DNA of 64,000 nucleotides from assembly GCF_009914755.1 (NCBI RefSeq), contig NC_060927.1; one strand, written 5' to 3'. The stretch is from the human T2T-CHM13v2.0 reference genome, Homo sapiens. The notes under the pieces are model-generated. The model was not told the origin of the DNA. It saw nothing but the letters and a program-made list of their open reading frames with translations, and ran no database searches. Made by a program: the position numbers and the translations under genes. How positions within the stretch are numbered: the first letter of the stretch is position 1; each line of letters opens with the position of its first letter. Shown here piece after piece: positions 62,445 to 64,000 of this stretch.

Positions 62445-64000
62445 AGTTGCTTTATCCACTCAATTGATGGGCATTTGGGTTGGTTCCACGATTTTGCAAT
62501 TGTGAATTGTGCTGCTATAAACATGTGTGTGCAAGTATCTTTTTTGAATAATGATGTCTTTTTCTCTGGGTAGATACCCAGTAGTGGGGTCGCTGGATCA
62601 AATGGTAGTTCTACTTTTAGTTCTTTAAGGAGTCTCCACACTGTTTTCCATAGAGGCTCTACTGGTTTACACTCCCATCATCAGTGTAAAGTGTTCCCTG
62701 TTCACCACATCCATGCCAGCATCTACTGTTTTTTGATTTTTTGATTATGACCATTCTTGCAAGAATAAGGTGGTATCACACTGTGGTTTTGATTTGCATT
62801 TCCCTGATCATTAATGATGTTGAGCATTTTTTCATATGTTTGTTGGCCATTTGTATATCTTCTTTTGAGAATTGCCTATTCAAGTCCTTAGCCCACTTTT
62901 TGATGGGATTTTTTTTTTCTTACTGATTTGTTTGAGTTCACTATCGTTTCTGGATATTAGTCCTTTGTCAGATGTATAGATTGTGAAGATTTTCTCCCAC
63001 TCTGTGGGTTGTCTGTTTACTCTGCTGACTGTTCCTTTTGCCGTGCAAAAGCTCTTTAGTCTAATTTGGTCCCAGCTGTTTATCTTTGTTTCTATTGCAT
63101 TTGCCTTTGGGTTCTTGGTCATGAAATCCTTGCCTAAGCCAGTGTCTAGAAGAGTTTTACCAATGTTATCTTCTAGAATTTTTATAGTTTCATACCTTAG
63201 ATTGAAGTCCTTAATCCATCTTGAGTTGATTTTTGCATAAATTAATAGATGAGGTTCCAGTTTTATTCTCCTACATGTGGCTAGCCAATTATCCCAGCAC
63301 CATTTGTTGAATATAGTGTCCTTTCCCCACTTTATGTTTTTGTTTGCTTTGTCAAAGATCAGTTGGCTGTAAGTATTTGGGTTTATTTCTGGGTTCTCCA
63401 TTCTGTTCCATTGGTATGTGCCTATTTTTATACCAGTACCATGCTGTTTTGGTGACTATGGCCTTATAGTATAGTTTCAAATCAGGTAATGTGATGCCTC
63501 CAGATTTGTTCTTTTTGCTTAGTCTTTCTTTGGCTATGTGGGCTCTTTTTGGTTTCATTTGAATTTGACAATTGTTTTTTCAAATTCTGTGAAGAATGAA
63601 GGTGGTATTGTGATGGCAGTTGCATTGAATTTGTAGGTTGCTTTTGGCAGTGTGGTCATTTTCATAATATTGATTCTACCCATCCATGAGCATGGGATAT
63701 GTTTCCATTTGTTTGTGTCATCTATGATTTATTTCAGCGGTGTTTTATAGTTTTTTTTTGTAGAGGTCTTTCACTTCCTTGGTTAGGTATATTTTGAAGT
63801 TTTCTTTTTTACAGCTATTGTAAGAGGGGTTGAGTTCTTGATTTGATTCTCAGCTTGGTCGCTGTTGGTGTGTAGAAGAGGTACTGGTGTGTGTACATTA
63901 ATTTTGTATCTGGAAACTTTGCTGAATTCTTTGATCAGTTCTAGAAGCTTTCTGGAGGAGTCTTTAGGGTTTTCAAGATAAACGATCATACTGTCAACAA
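62445..64000 (-). mobile_element. L1PB1-like ORF2 segment lacking its 3'UTR, running off the window
   Basis: ORF2 peptides in 62423-62641, 62880-63401, 63352-63558 and 63783-63989. Confidence 0.9.

Overview
This is repeat-dense primate (most likely human) intronic or intergenic DNA. I recognise no intact protein-coding gene. Most of the window is nested transposable elements: a near full-length, heavily interrupted L1MA-type LINE (~4.4-17.0 kb), several L1PA/L1PB/L1MB copies, about 25 Alus, MaLR LTRs, a two-LTR THE1D element inside an AluJ, L2/MIR relics, MER20, MADE1 and a full-length Tigger1. There is one processed PPIA (cyclophilin A) pseudogene. Nearly all ORFs in the track are repeat-derived or spurious. 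I find no convincing new multi-gene system. The most interesting signals concern sequence movement. Up to six candidate L1-mediated 3' transductions or orphan insertions carry foreign DNA, one of them apparently serial, with two AATAAA+poly(A) modules. There is also an inverted in-cis copy of L1 ORF1 inside ORF2, several template-switch or end-joining scars, and a few short candidate exons of an unidentified transcript. Subfamily names come from my recall of consensus motifs and need RepeatMasker/Dfam confirmation.
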